This document shows positions 37,116-47,440 of a stretch of 64,000 nt of DNA, piece by piece (within the stretch, counting starts at the first letter, position 1; each line of letters starts with the position of its first letter). Under the pieces are notes generated by a model, which saw nothing but the letters and a program-made list of their open reading frames with translations, had not been told where the DNA came from and made no database searches. Origin of the DNA: Candidatus Altimarinota bacterium (GTDB lineage: Bacteria; Patescibacteriota; Gracilibacteria; CAIRYL01; GCA-016699755). The DNA is taken from the NCBI GenBank assembly GCA_963664295.1, contig OY760935.1, positions 640,001 to 704,000 of the forward strand. Reading direction: 5' to 3'. The position numbers were made by a program, and so were the translations under genes.

Positions 37116-38300
37116 ATGACTATTTTATTATCTATCCTAGCCTTTTTAATTATTTTTTCTGCGCTCGTACTTGTTCATGAGTTTGGACATTATATTGCAG
37201 CGCGCAAAAGCGGAGTATATGTAAAAGAGTTTGGCTTTGGATTACCACCAAGACTGTGGGGCAAGGAAACAAGTCGCTGGGTGACCTATAAAGATAAAAG
37301 TGGTAAAAAAATCCGCAGAAAAGAAAAAATGATCTGGTCGTTAAACTGGATACCTTTTGGTGGTTTTGTGAGAATGTTAGGAGAAGATGACACCAGTAAA
37401 GAGATAAAAAACGATCCTCGTGCTTTTTTTAATAGACCTTTAGGCTCAAGAATATTGATTGTTGTTGCTGGGGTTTTGATGAATTTTTTAATGGCTTGGG
37501 TTTTGCTAACCATTGCTTTTTCTATTGGCGCACAACCATTACTAATCAATGAAAAAGAAGCCAAAAACTACCTAGAAACAGGCGTAATGGAAAGATCTAA
37601 TGGTGTTGTTTTGGAAAGCATAACACCAGAAATCAAAGAAAAAGCAGAATTGGAAGCAGGCGATATAATTCTTAGCATAAACAATAAAGAAGTTAATAGC
37701 CCAAAAGAAATAACAAGCCTATTAGAAACAGCAAATCTAACAAATGATGCAATTGAATTAAAAATAAAAAGAATATCTGAAGAAGAAGATTTACTATTTA
37801 CTACAAACATAGCTATTGGCTCAGGTGAAAAATTAGGAACACTATACCCTATCCCTCCAATAGAAAAAGTAAACAACTTAAAATTACCTGTTCATAAAGC
37901 AGGTTTTTATTCTTTAGTAAAAATAGGTAAATTTTCTGTTTTAACTGTTGAAGCTTTTGGTAAAACAATAGGAAAAATTATCAGAACCGCTTCTCCTCCA
38001 GATAATGTTTCTGGCCCTGTGGGCATTGCTCGTTTAACACACCAATTTGTTCAACTTGGAGACATAATGACTTTAATTCTGTTTACTGCCATGATTTCTA
38101 TTTCTCTTGCTGTTTTAAATATTATGCCTTTGCCTGCTTTAGATGGTGGTCGTTTAATGTTTTTACTTTTTGAGTTATTCACAGGCAAAAAACCAAGTGT
38201 AAAATGGGAAGCCATGATTCACGGCATAGGATTTGCCTTGCTATTGGCGCTTATTGCAGTGGTGACTTACTCAGATATTTTGAAAATTTTTAACAAATAG
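37116..38300 (+). CDS. rseP: RIP metalloprotease RseP (M50, PDZ)
   Basis: HEFGH, IPFGGFV, NIMPLPALDGG. Confidence 0.92.
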   Translation: MTILLSILAFLIIFSALVLVHEFGHYIAARKSGVYVKEFGFGLPPRLWGKETSRWVTYKDKSGKKIRRKEKMIWSLNWIPFGGFVRMLGEDDTSKEIKNDPRAFFNRPLGSRILIVVAGVLMNFLMAWVLLTIAFSIGAQPLLINEKEAKNYLETGVMERSNGVVLESITPEIKEKAELEAGDIILSINNKEVNSPKEITSLLETANLTNDAIELKIKRISEEEDLLFTTNIAIGSGEKLGTLYPIPPIEKVNNLKLPVHKAGFYSLVKIGKFSVLTVEAFGKTIGKIIRTASPPDNVSGPVGIARLTHQFVQLGDIMTLILFTAMISISLAVLNIMPLPALDGGRLMFLLFELFTGKKPSVKWEAMIHGIGFALLLALIAVVTYSDILKIFNK

Positions 38301-38808
38301 AATTTTTTATTCTTTGTTCTGCGTTAATTTTTTCTAAAATTTGCAAAACTGTAGGTAACACTAACTCATCTATTTTTTCATTATTTTTTATTTTTGTGCG
38401 CACTATAGTAGCAGAAATATTTAATCTTTGCTCAAGGTCGCAAATTTTTATGTCTTTTTCGTATTTTTCAAATAAATCTTTTACTATTTTTGATCCTGTA
38501 TAAACTGTATTAAAAGGTGGCAAAAAAGACTTCACATGCTTTGTCCATAAAGTAAAATTATTAATATCACGAATTGAGGTAATAAAATATTTATCACGAG
38601 GAATACCAGCTTCTTCCAAGGCAGACCAAATCATTAAAAATCTTTCCCCTGCTGTAAAAGGATTATTTTCTTCATAGGCATCTTCTGCGCTACCAATAGC
38701 AATTAAAATTGTATCTGGATTTTCTTTTTCTAATATTTGTTTTATTGCATCAAGATGACCCAAATGAAATGGTTGAAATCTGCCAATATAAAGCACTGTC
38801 TTTTTCAT
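38290..38808 (-). CDS. nadM: Nicotinamide-nucleotide adenylyltransferase, NadM type
   Basis: GRFQPFHLGH, IGSA, NPFTAGER, ISATIVR. Confidence 0.85.
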   Translation of the reverse strand: MKKTVLYIGRFQPFHLGHLDAIKQILEKENPDTILIAIGSAEDAYEENNPFTAGERFLMIWSALEEAGIPRDKYFITSIRDINNFTLWTKHVKSFLPPFNTVYTGSKIVKDLFEKYEKDIKICDLEQRLNISATIVRTKIKNNEKIDELVLPTVLQILEKINAEQRIKNSIC

Positions 38809-38908
38809 CTATTTTAATTTTACATATTTTTTAATATTTTTAAAAATACTCCCCTAGTAAAAAATCAAAATATAAGGTAAAAATATAAGGTCTTATTTTT
38901 AATATTCA

Positions 38909-39964
38909 ATGTCTAGCTACGAAGAATCAGGCGTAAACATAGCCCTCGGTGATTCAGCCTCAAGAACAGCTTTTTTGTATGCAGCAAAAACATTTGGCGT
39001 ACGCCAAGGTCTCATAGGCGAACCATTAGCAGAAGAAGGCGGTTTTACAGGCTTACTTAATTTTGGCAATTTCTATCTTGCCATGAATGCCGATGGCGTG
39101 GGCACAAAAATAGAATTAGCTAGAAAATTACAATATTTTGACGGCCTTGGCTATGATCTTTTGGCTATGGTGGCTGATGATGGAATTTGCATGGGCGCAG
39201 AAACAGTAGCAATAACTAACACTTTTGATACTGACAAAGTTCGTCCTGATGAAATTGAAAAAATGATGAAAAGCTTGTCAAAAGCTTGTATTGAGCAAGA
39301 AGTTGTTATTGCTGGCGGAGAAATTGCAGAAATGAACACACTCTGCAATGGCACAATGTGGAACGCAACTTCAATTGGCGTAGTTAAAAAAGACAAAATT
39401 ATTAACGGAGATAAAATTGAAATTGGCGATGCCGTTATTTCGCTTTATGAAGAGGGTTTGCGCTCTAATGGCTTTTCTCTTGTGCGCAAAATAATAAAAG
39501 AAAAAAACTTGGGACAAGAAATGGAAAAACTTGTCCTCACTCCATCAACAATATATATGCGTGCTGTGCTTTCAGCTTTACATGGTGCTTTTGATCAAGA
39601 TAAAAAAGTAGATCTACACGGACTTTGCCATGTCACTGGCGGAGGCATTGCTGGTAATTTACGGAGAATACTCAAGAAAAAAGGCTTAGGAGCAAGGCTT
39701 GATGACATTTTTAAACCTTCAGATTGGGTCAAAGAACTACAAACTGAAGGAGAAGTTGCTGACAAAGAGGCTTATTCTGTCTGGAATATGGGCAATGGTA
39801 TGCTGATTGTAATTAATCCAAAAGATGCAGATAAGGCCATATCTGAACTTAAAAAAGTAGGAATAAAAGCAAAAATAGTAGGAAAAATAAGCAAAAATCC
39901 ACAAATAATTGTGCGTAATCACGGAGCACAAAAACGAGAAAGAAATTTAATTTTTGACGAATAA
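38909..39964 (+). CDS. purM: Phosphoribosylformylglycinamidine cyclo-ligase (AIR synthetase)
   Basis: YEESGVNI, DGVGTK, GGEIAEM, RSNG, HVTGGG, NMGNG. Confidence 0.88.
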   Translation: MSSYEESGVNIALGDSASRTAFLYAAKTFGVRQGLIGEPLAEEGGFTGLLNFGNFYLAMNADGVGTKIELARKLQYFDGLGYDLLAMVADDGICMGAETVAITNTFDTDKVRPDEIEKMMKSLSKACIEQEVVIAGGEIAEMNTLCNGTMWNATSIGVVKKDKIINGDKIEIGDAVISLYEEGLRSNGFSLVRKIIKEKNLGQEMEKLVLTPSTIYMRAVLSALHGAFDQDKKVDLHGLCHVTGGGIAGNLRRILKKKGLGARLDDIFKPSDWVKELQTEGEVADKEAYSVWNMGNGMLIVINPKDADKAISELKKVGIKAKIVGKISKNPQIIVRNHGAQKRERNLIFDE

Positions 39965-39991
39965 TTTTATATTTTAAAAAACTCCCAAAAC

Positions 39992-41077
39992 ATGATTGAA
40001 AATTTCGAAACCCTATTTAAGTGGTCTCAAACAGATTTTCTTTCCCCTAAAAAAATTGACGACCTGAGAAACTTTTTTGGTAATCTTGAAATTGCCTGGG
40101 AAAAAGGCGATGAAAAATCATTCAAAAAAGCAGGAATAAATCCAAATAGCGTAGATGGGTTTTTTCAGCGCAAAACAAAATTAAATATTGAAAAACTTTG
40201 GCAAAAATACCAAAAAATCGGTGCAAAAATGATGTTTATTGAGGACGAAAATTACCCTCAACAATTAAAAGAAATAGACGCACCACCTATTTTTTTGTTT
40301 TATAAAGGTGAAATAAAAGAACAAGATAATTTTGCCTTTGCTGTGGTTGGGTCACGGGTTTATTCTGCCTATGGCAAAGAAGCCACACTAAAAATAGTGC
40401 CTGATATTGCCAAAGCTGGTTTCACTATTGTTTCCGGGCTTGCCAGAGGAATAGACACACTAGCACATAAAGAAGCTTTGCGTATGGAGGGTCGCACACT
40501 GGCCATTTTAGGCTCAGGAATAGATAATATCTGGCCTAGTGAAAATCGTAGCTTGGCTGAAAAAATTATTGATGGACAAGGTGCGGTTATTTCTGAATTT
40601 CCTCTTGGTACTGCGCCAATTGGCTATAACTTTCCTCGCAGAAACAGAATTATTTCCGGTCTTTCCAAGGGAGTTTTAGTAATCGAGGGCAAGAAAAAAT
40701 CCGGCTCACTCATCACAGCACATATTGCGCTTAATCAAGGCCGAGAGGTTTTTTCTCTGCCAGGCAATGGCTTTTCTGCCCTTTCCGAAGGCCCAAACAC
40801 GCTAATTAAAAAAGGTGAAGCAAAACTAGTCACTTGCGTAGAAGATATTTTGGAAGAATTTAATCTTGATTTAAAAACTGAAAAAAAAGATTTACGCGTA
40901 CCAAAAAATGAAAAAGAAAAATCTCTTTTAGATATTCTGGGTGATAATCCAAAAATGTTTGATGAAATTGTAGCAGAAAGCGAGCTTGGCTCTGCAGAGA
41001 TTTCTTCCTTGCTTACTATTTTAGAAATAAAAGGCTATGCCCAAAATTTAGGCATGGGGCAATGGGTGAGAATATAA
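39992..41077 (+). CDS. dprA: DNA-processing protein DprA
   Basis: VVGSR, VSGLARGID, FPRRNRIISG, SGSLITA. Confidence 0.95.
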   Translation: MIENFETLFKWSQTDFLSPKKIDDLRNFFGNLEIAWEKGDEKSFKKAGINPNSVDGFFQRKTKLNIEKLWQKYQKIGAKMMFIEDENYPQQLKEIDAPPIFLFYKGEIKEQDNFAFAVVGSRVYSAYGKEATLKIVPDIAKAGFTIVSGLARGIDTLAHKEALRMEGRTLAILGSGIDNIWPSENRSLAEKIIDGQGAVISEFPLGTAPIGYNFPRRNRIISGLSKGVLVIEGKKKSGSLITAHIALNQGREVFSLPGNGFSALSEGPNTLIKKGEAKLVTCVEDILEEFNLDLKTEKKDLRVPKNEKEKSLLDILGDNPKMFDEIVAESELGSAEISSLLTILEIKGYAQNLGMGQWVRI

Positions 41078-41078
41078 A

Positions 41079-42830
41079 TCACCTCACAACAGTCGCCTTA
41101 AAAGGGTTTCTGTCTGAATAATTACCGGAAACATCATGCAAATCAGGAATAATTACTTGATAATATTCCCCTTTTTGATTTGTAATACCTGATAATGTCA
41201 AAATCACTGCCAAATCTTTTATTTCTACATTTTCAACTTTAATTTGTTCATTTACCCTATTTTCTTTGTCTAAATCAATTACTCGAATAACCGAAGAAGC
41301 AAGTGAAGGTGCTATTTTTTCTGAAAATCTCAGCTCAAGATGAGTATCGTCATTAAATTCTGCCCATTGCAAAATAGGTGAAAACCTGTCTGGACGACGA
41401 AAAACAGAAATTTTTCTATCAATAGGCAAGGCAAAATCACAAGTAAGCACATTTTCAGTATCACGCAAATTATCGCAACCATAAGCATCAAAGCTAGTAT
41501 CATTTGCTCCACGAAAAACAAGACTATATTGTTCACTTAAAACTCCTGGCTGTTTTACAAAAATAAAATCAAATTGCTGATCAAAATTAATTTTATGTGG
41601 CAAATTAAATTCATAAGTAAAAATTTTACTCTCTCCAGGTTCAAGTTCAAAAAAATGACCAAACTCAGTGCGATTTTCCAAATCTTCTTTTGTAATTGCG
41701 GTTTCAAAGTCACCAGAACTAGCACTAATTTTCGCTCCTTTTGGTCGTAATATTCTTAAATAAGCCTGATAATGATCAGATTGCAGATTATATGTGCCCT
41801 CGTGTGCTATGCGAATTGTTAATTGTTCAGTCAAATTGCCATCTTCATCAAGATAAAACGAGCTCCAATAATTACGTTTCATAAAACGATCTGCTTTTCG
41901 GCCTCCTATATTGGCAATATTGATAGAAAAAAAGTCCTGCTCCGGCAAAGCGCCAGTCCAGCCATGCTCTGTGAAATCTTTTTGCAAACTCTTGTCATGG
42001 AAAAACACTAAAAAATGCTTTTCGTTTCCCATTTGCGCCAAAAGTTCAAAAAGATTATCCCAGCGAGAAGGAGTTGAAAAAATCTTAGCAACTAACTGAT
42101 CTGCTAAAGGTCCAAAAAAGTTTTTTCTATTTTGCCATTCTTCTTCATTGTGCAGATCGAAATCTTTGCTGTTTTTTTGTAAGGTTTGGAAAAAATTCTC
42201 ACTATTAAGAACTTTTCCGTCGATTTCAAAAGGACCAAAAAGGTCAATAAGCTGAGCGATTGTGTGAATATCTACAGCAAAAATTGCATCAAATTCTGTG
42301 CCAAAAAATCGCGGATCATTGCGCAAAAACAACTCTGCCTGCTTTGCATTCTCGACAAAATCAGGCGAAAAACCAGAATCATGAAAAACCCAACCTCTAT
42401 ATTTTTCATCCTGGGAAAAGATTTTTTCAATTGGTTCTGGTGCTGTAACTATTTCTGTTGGTGGTTCAACAGAAATAGAGTCATAAACAACCACTTCTTT
42501 GCCCCCAAAGCTAACTTTAATCACAGCAAAAGAAGTAATAAAACCACCTGTTGGCCTTAGTTCGTTTTCATTTTGCAAAAGAACTAAATAAGTTTTTTCT
42601 CCAAAAAAACCAACCAAAGAAGGTAAATCATCTGCCAAAAAAGCAAAAGGTCCAAGAATAATTCTGGTAATCCAAAAGAAAATTATAAAAATCAACACTA
42701 AAATACTAGTAATTATTTTATGTCTCCAAATAAATCTACCTATTGCTTTCCAAAAATTTTTAAACTTTTGCCAAAAAGTTTTTTTTAGAAAAATATTTTT
42801 TGATTGAAATTCGCTTTTTTGTTTGTTCAT
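41079..42830 (-). CDS. DUF4012-like membrane-anchored protein
   Basis: N-terminal TM then YLVLLQNENELRPTGGFI; C-terminal Ig-like segment. Confidence 0.75.
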   Translation of the reverse strand: MNKQKSEFQSKNIFLKKTFWQKFKNFWKAIGRFIWRHKIITSILVLIFIIFFWITRIILGPFAFLADDLPSLVGFFGEKTYLVLLQNENELRPTGGFITSFAVIKVSFGGKEVVVYDSISVEPPTEIVTAPEPIEKIFSQDEKYRGWVFHDSGFSPDFVENAKQAELFLRNDPRFFGTEFDAIFAVDIHTIAQLIDLFGPFEIDGKVLNSENFFQTLQKNSKDFDLHNEEEWQNRKNFFGPLADQLVAKIFSTPSRWDNLFELLAQMGNEKHFLVFFHDKSLQKDFTEHGWTGALPEQDFFSINIANIGGRKADRFMKRNYWSSFYLDEDGNLTEQLTIRIAHEGTYNLQSDHYQAYLRILRPKGAKISASSGDFETAITKEDLENRTEFGHFFELEPGESKIFTYEFNLPHKINFDQQFDFIFVKQPGVLSEQYSLVFRGANDTSFDAYGCDNLRDTENVLTCDFALPIDRKISVFRRPDRFSPILQWAEFNDDTHLELRFSEKIAPSLASSVIRVIDLDKENRVNEQIKVENVEIKDLAVILTLSGITNQKGEYYQVIIPDLHDVSGNYSDRNPFKATVVR

Positions 42831-43750
42831 TGGTTTGTGAAAGTTAGCCAGTGAAGATATTTTTCATCTTCACCATGAACAATATTCATAAATTTTTCTC
42901 TTAACATTGAAGTTATTTTCCCTTCTTTGCCATCTGCGATTTTATTGTCATCAAGCTCAGAAATAGCAGAAATTTCCGCTGCAGTACCAGTAAAAAACAA
43001 TTCATCAGCAGAATAAGCCTCTTCTAGAGTGATTGATTTTTCTGTAATTTCAATACCTTCATTTTTAGCAAGCTCAAAAATAGAAGCACGAGTAATGCCT
43101 TTTAAAATTTTACCCAAAGGTGGGGTGTATATTTTTCCGTCTTTTACCATAAAGAAATTTTCCCCTGGACCCTCGGCAATATTACCTTCAAAGTCAAGCA
43201 AAAGCGCTTCATGGTAACCTTTTTTATGCACCTCTAAGCTTGCCAAAATTGAATTAACATAATGACCGGCAATTTTTGCATCTGCTACTGTGCTTTGTGG
43301 ATGAATACGAATGTATTTCGAAGTTTTTACTCGTAATTGTTCATCACCAAGATATTTACCCCAAGGCCAACAAGCAATAGCAACATCAACAGGCGCACCA
43401 GTTGGATTTAGTCCCATTTTTCCAGCTCCATAAAAAGCAACCGGACGAATATAGCCATCAGAAACATTATTTTTATTTATCAAATCAATTTGCGCTTTAT
43501 TTAATTCATCTTTTTCATAAGGCAAATCCATTGCCAAGGCACTGGCAGAATAAAAAAATCTATCTGTGTGCTCTTTTAGTCTAAATATAGCTGGACCCTT
43601 TTTTGTATCATAAAAACGCACTCCTTCAAAAAGCCCACTACCATAGTGCAAGCCATGACTTAAAATATGCACTTGAGCATCTTCCCAAGCCACAAATTCA
43701 CCATTAACCCAAATATAATCTGTGGTATCCATTGTCCAGTTTATCTTCAT
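42827..43750 (-). CDS. ilvE: Branched-chain amino acid aminotransferase
   Basis: LHYGSGLFEG, YIRP, AKIAGHY.NS, EGPGEN, GITR, GTAAE. Confidence 0.95.
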   Translation of the reverse strand: MKINWTMDTTDYIWVNGEFVAWEDAQVHILSHGLHYGSGLFEGVRFYDTKKGPAIFRLKEHTDRFFYSASALAMDLPYEKDELNKAQIDLINKNNVSDGYIRPVAFYGAGKMGLNPTGAPVDVAIACWPWGKYLGDEQLRVKTSKYIRIHPQSTVADAKIAGHYVNSILASLEVHKKGYHEALLLDFEGNIAEGPGENFFMVKDGKIYTPPLGKILKGITRASIFELAKNEGIEITEKSITLEEAYSADELFFTGTAAEISAISELDDNKIADGKEGKITSMLREKFMNIVHGEDEKYLHWLTFTNQ

Positions 43751-43815
43751 TTTACTTTTAAAAATTCCTGTTTATTTTTTCATATAGCAAAATTTTGAGC
43801 AAGGTTTTTCAGCTT

Positions 43816-45222
43816 CTAAAAGCCCATTTCTTTACGCAAATAATTAATACTACGCCAAAACGCAGGGTCTGTTTTCTTTTTGGCTTCCACTCGCTTAATA
43901 GAATTCATTACGCTTGTGTGGTCTCTGCCACCAAAAAAATCTCCTATTTTTTTGAGCGGTAATTTTAAATATTTTTTACAAAAAAACATGGCAACCTGTC
44001 GAGGAACAAGAAACTCTCTTGCTCTACTTGAGCCAATAACCTCCCTCTTGGTGACAGAATAATGACTTGCAACATGCTCAACCAAATCATTCATATCACG
44101 AGAATAGGCTGGTAATTCCTCTGGATGATCAGAGTTTATGCGCATATCTTTATTTACTCTACCAATAATTTCAGAAACTGATTTTTTAGTTGGATAATCA
44201 CCTTCTATGTCTATTTTTGCTACTATTTGCGTTAAAATTCCTTCCATTTCGCGAATGGAATGATGAATATTTTCAGAAATAAAGCTCAAAATATCCATAT
44301 CTAAAACAACACCAAGCTCCTGGGCTTTTTGTTGTAAAATAGCCACCCTGGTTTCAAAAGCAGGTAAATATAAATCAGCAATCATGCCCATTGAAAAGCG
44401 CGAAACCAGCCTTTTTGACATATCTTTTAATTCTGATGGGGGTTTATCGGAAGAAAGTATAATTTGTTTACCGGCATCAAAAAGATCATTAAAAAGATGA
44501 AAAAAAGCCTCCTCTGTGCGCTCTTTACCAGCTATAAACTGAATATCATCAATAATAAAAACATCTGCTTTGCGCCATTTATCACGAAAACGATCTCCTT
44601 TTTGATTACGAATCATTTCAATAAATTCTGCGAAAAAATTCTCCGCAGAAACAAAAGCAACAGCTTTGCTCGGATTAGATCGTAAGATCTCATTGCCTAT
44701 CCCTTGCAAAAGATGAGTTTTTCCTAAGCCAACTCCACCATATATAAAAAGTGGGTTATATTTTCTGCCTGGTGCTTGTGCAACTGCTTCAGCAGCTGCA
44801 TGAGCAAGGCGATTTTCCGGACCAACAACATAGTTTTGCAAAGTAAAACGAGGGTTCAACATTCTTGAAAGAATACTGCCTCTTATTTTAACTTCAGAAA
44901 CTTTTGGCAATTTTCTGGTCTTTTTTTCTTGTGGAAATACAGTTAATAAATCCAAAACCCTAGGATCTTCCTTGTTTTCCAGTCTTCCATCAACCAAAAA
45001 TTCAACCTTACGCACTTCCGGTCGATATCCTTGAGCTACTTTGACAATTTTTGTGCGAGAATTTTTTTCATGCCAATTCACAAAAATCTGTCTTGGTAAA
45101 CCAACAACCATAGTTTGTCCGTTAATATCAATAACACAACTACCCTGAAACCAAGTAATTAAATGAGGACGAGAAATGTCATCCGAAAGCCCGACTAAAA
45201 CTTTTTTCCAAAGTTCTTTCAT
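43816..45222 (-). CDS. dnaA: Chromosomal replication initiator DnaA (or paralog)
   Basis: YNPLFIYGGVGLGKTHL, IDDIQF, domain IV GGRDHTSV. Confidence 0.92.
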   Translation of the reverse strand: MKELWKKVLVGLSDDISRPHLITWFQGSCVIDINGQTMVVGLPRQIFVNWHEKNSRTKIVKVAQGYRPEVRKVEFLVDGRLENKEDPRVLDLLTVFPQEKKTRKLPKVSEVKIRGSILSRMLNPRFTLQNYVVGPENRLAHAAAEAVAQAPGRKYNPLFIYGGVGLGKTHLLQGIGNEILRSNPSKAVAFVSAENFFAEFIEMIRNQKGDRFRDKWRKADVFIIDDIQFIAGKERTEEAFFHLFNDLFDAGKQIILSSDKPPSELKDMSKRLVSRFSMGMIADLYLPAFETRVAILQQKAQELGVVLDMDILSFISENIHHSIREMEGILTQIVAKIDIEGDYPTKKSVSEIIGRVNKDMRINSDHPEELPAYSRDMNDLVEHVASHYSVTKREVIGSSRAREFLVPRQVAMFFCKKYLKLPLKKIGDFFGGRDHTSVMNSIKRVEAKKKTDPAFWRSINYLRKEMGF

Positions 45223-46136
45223 AAAATATCGTCGCAGGATTTTTTAAGATACAAAAAAACAGAGTTTGAAGCAATAGCTCCCTCTGCAACCGCAGTTGCC
45301 ACCTGATGAAAATGATTAGAACCATCACTCACATCGCCAGCAGAAAAAACACCAGGAACAGTTGTTTCCATGCCTTTATCAACTTTGATAAATCCATCTT
45401 TATCTATCTCCGCTCCTAATTCTTTGGCAAGTGCATTTTCCGGCTCAAAACCAACTAAAACAAAAACTCCATCTACTTTTAAGTCATTACCAGTGCTTAA
45501 TTTTACTCCTTCTAATTTTTCTTCTCCTAAAAATTCTTCCACCTCTGTTTCATATAAAAACTCAACATTTTTATAAGTTTTTAATTTCTCAAGCCAAAAA
45601 GCTTCACAGCGAGTAAAGTTCTTGCGAATAATCATATAAACCTTTTCGCAAATCTCGCCAAGAAAAATAGCCGCAGTAATAGCAGAGTCACCTCCACCAA
45701 CAATAGCCACTGTTTTGTCTTTGAAGAAAAAACCATCACAAGTGGCACAATAGCTCACTCCTCTGCCAAAAAAACGCTTTTCCGAAGGCAATCCAAGCTT
45801 TCTATGCTTTGAGCCAGTAGCAATAATTACAGATTTTGCCTCATATTTTTCTGAGCTCATTGTTTCAAGCTTAAAAACATCACCTTCTTTTTTAATACTA
45901 GTCACCATATCGGTTTTCATTGGTACATCATAACTTTCTGCGTGTTCTTTGAATTTTTTTGCCAATTCATTGCCACGAATTTTTTCAAATCCAAGATAAT
46001 TTTCAATTTCATATGCCATAGAACAAGTGCCCCCAGCATGAGCGCCAATCATCATTGTGTCTATTTTTGAGCGAGCAGCATAAACAGCAGAGCTAAAGCC
46101 TGCTGCGCCTGTACCTACAATTACTAAATCGTGCAT
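45219..46136 (-). CDS. trxB: Thioredoxin reductase
   Basis: GTGAAG, GVSYCATCDG, VGGGDSA, SAGDV. Confidence 0.9.
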   Translation of the reverse strand: MHDLVIVGTGAAGFSSAVYAARSKIDTMMIGAHAGGTCSMAYEIENYLGFEKIRGNELAKKFKEHAESYDVPMKTDMVTSIKKEGDVFKLETMSSEKYEAKSVIIATGSKHRKLGLPSEKRFFGRGVSYCATCDGFFFKDKTVAIVGGGDSAITAAIFLGEICEKVYMIIRKNFTRCEAFWLEKLKTYKNVEFLYETEVEEFLGEEKLEGVKLSTGNDLKVDGVFVLVGFEPENALAKELGAEIDKDGFIKVDKGMETTVPGVFSAGDVSDGSNHFHQVATAVAEGAIASNSVFLYLKKSCDDIL

Positions 46137-46211
46137 AAACTAAAAAAATGCAGGATTTATTCTGCACTTTTTTCGCTCAAATATCAAGAAATTAGCTAAT
46201 AATATATTTGT

Positions 46212-47330
46212 TTAATTTTCCTGCTCCCATGCATTAATAATATTAGCAATACCATCACCTGAAAATACTTCATAAGCTGAACCATCTCCACCGTCTATTA
46301 AAGTCGCTCCATTATTTACTTGAACTTCTGCATTACCTCTATTGGCAACAAATTGTTCACCTCTCTCAGTTGCAACTTGTGCAAGAAAAAGATCTGCCTC
46401 TTCTTGTCCTTTTGCGCCAGAAGCAGAAGCAACAAGAGTATCTACTTCTGTTATATTTAAATCATCACCAACTCCTCCTGATCTAACAAAAGCAAGTAAG
46501 CCACCACGATTAACTTTTCCTCCTGCTTCTTCCATTGCCTGCACAATAGGATACAAATTATTTAAATCTAATTCTGCACCATTTTCAGCAATAATATGCA
46601 TAAGATCATTTTGGCTTAACCCACCATTTAAATTTAACATTGCAAGCATTTGAGCTTGTCCATCCGCTTTTGTATAATGATCTTTTTCCGCCTGCACATA
46701 ATTCTCTGAAGCCTTTTGAGCACTCATTTTTGCAAACTCTAATTCAACCATCGCATTTGACTGATCTTGCCAAGAATACAAAAGACATAAAGCCATAACA
46801 AGCACTAATGCAGTCGCTGTTGATTGTATAGCACCATTTAAGCTTACCTCCTTGCCTAAAGCATCTCTTACTTGACCAACAATATCCTTGCTCTGCTCTA
46901 TAAATTCTTTTGCTTCTGGTGGTAATTTCGCTAATAATTTATCCAACTTACTTCTTTGTAAGCTTTCTGGTAATCCTTTTGCATGATCCTGCATAGATGA
47001 TTCCACTGAAACTAAAGATGATTTTTTTGTTGGCTCTGGTTTTGATTTTTTTGATTTTAAACCCCTAACAACTCCTCCAATAGTTTCTTTAATTTTTGCC
47101 ATTGTACTGTCTTGGACTTTTACAAACTTTGCCCCTGTCTGAGCCTCAGCACAAACACCTTCAGACGAAGGAGAAAATCTCATTTTATTCAAAACAGCCT
47201 CTTGACTAAATGGTGTCCCGTTGGCCTTTTCATATTCTTGCAATCTTTTGCCCCACTCGTCAGCAGTTAAACGCCTATTATCTGGTCTACGCTTAATTTT
47301 TTCACCTCCGTCTTTTATTATGCTTACCAT
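46212..47330 (-). CDS. Hypothetical single-pass membrane protein
   Basis: 372-aa ORF; central TM ATALVLVMALCLLY; basic N-half, acidic C-half. Confidence 0.75.
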   Translation of the reverse strand: MVSIIKDGGEKIKRRPDNRRLTADEWGKRLQEYEKANGTPFSQEAVLNKMRFSPSSEGVCAEAQTGAKFVKVQDSTMAKIKETIGGVVRGLKSKKSKPEPTKKSSLVSVESSMQDHAKGLPESLQRSKLDKLLAKLPPEAKEFIEQSKDIVGQVRDALGKEVSLNGAIQSTATALVLVMALCLLYSWQDQSNAMVELEFAKMSAQKASENYVQAEKDHYTKADGQAQMLAMLNLNGGLSQNDLMHIIAENGAELDLNNLYPIVQAMEEAGGKVNRGGLLAFVRSGGVGDDLNITEVDTLVASASGAKGQEEADLFLAQVATERGEQFVANRGNAEVQVNNGATLIDGGDGSAYEVFSGDGIANIINAWEQEN

Positions 47331-47440
47331 TTTTCAGGGGATTAAATTTTAAAAGATATTTTACAAATGTGTAGATTTGTTTTTATTATAAAATTTTGAT
47401 TTTGTCAAGGGTTTTTATAAATTTTTTAAAAAAATTTTTT

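Noticed and set aside
43751-43815. oriC next to dnaA
   Set aside because: Only 65 bp, with no DnaA boxes recognised.
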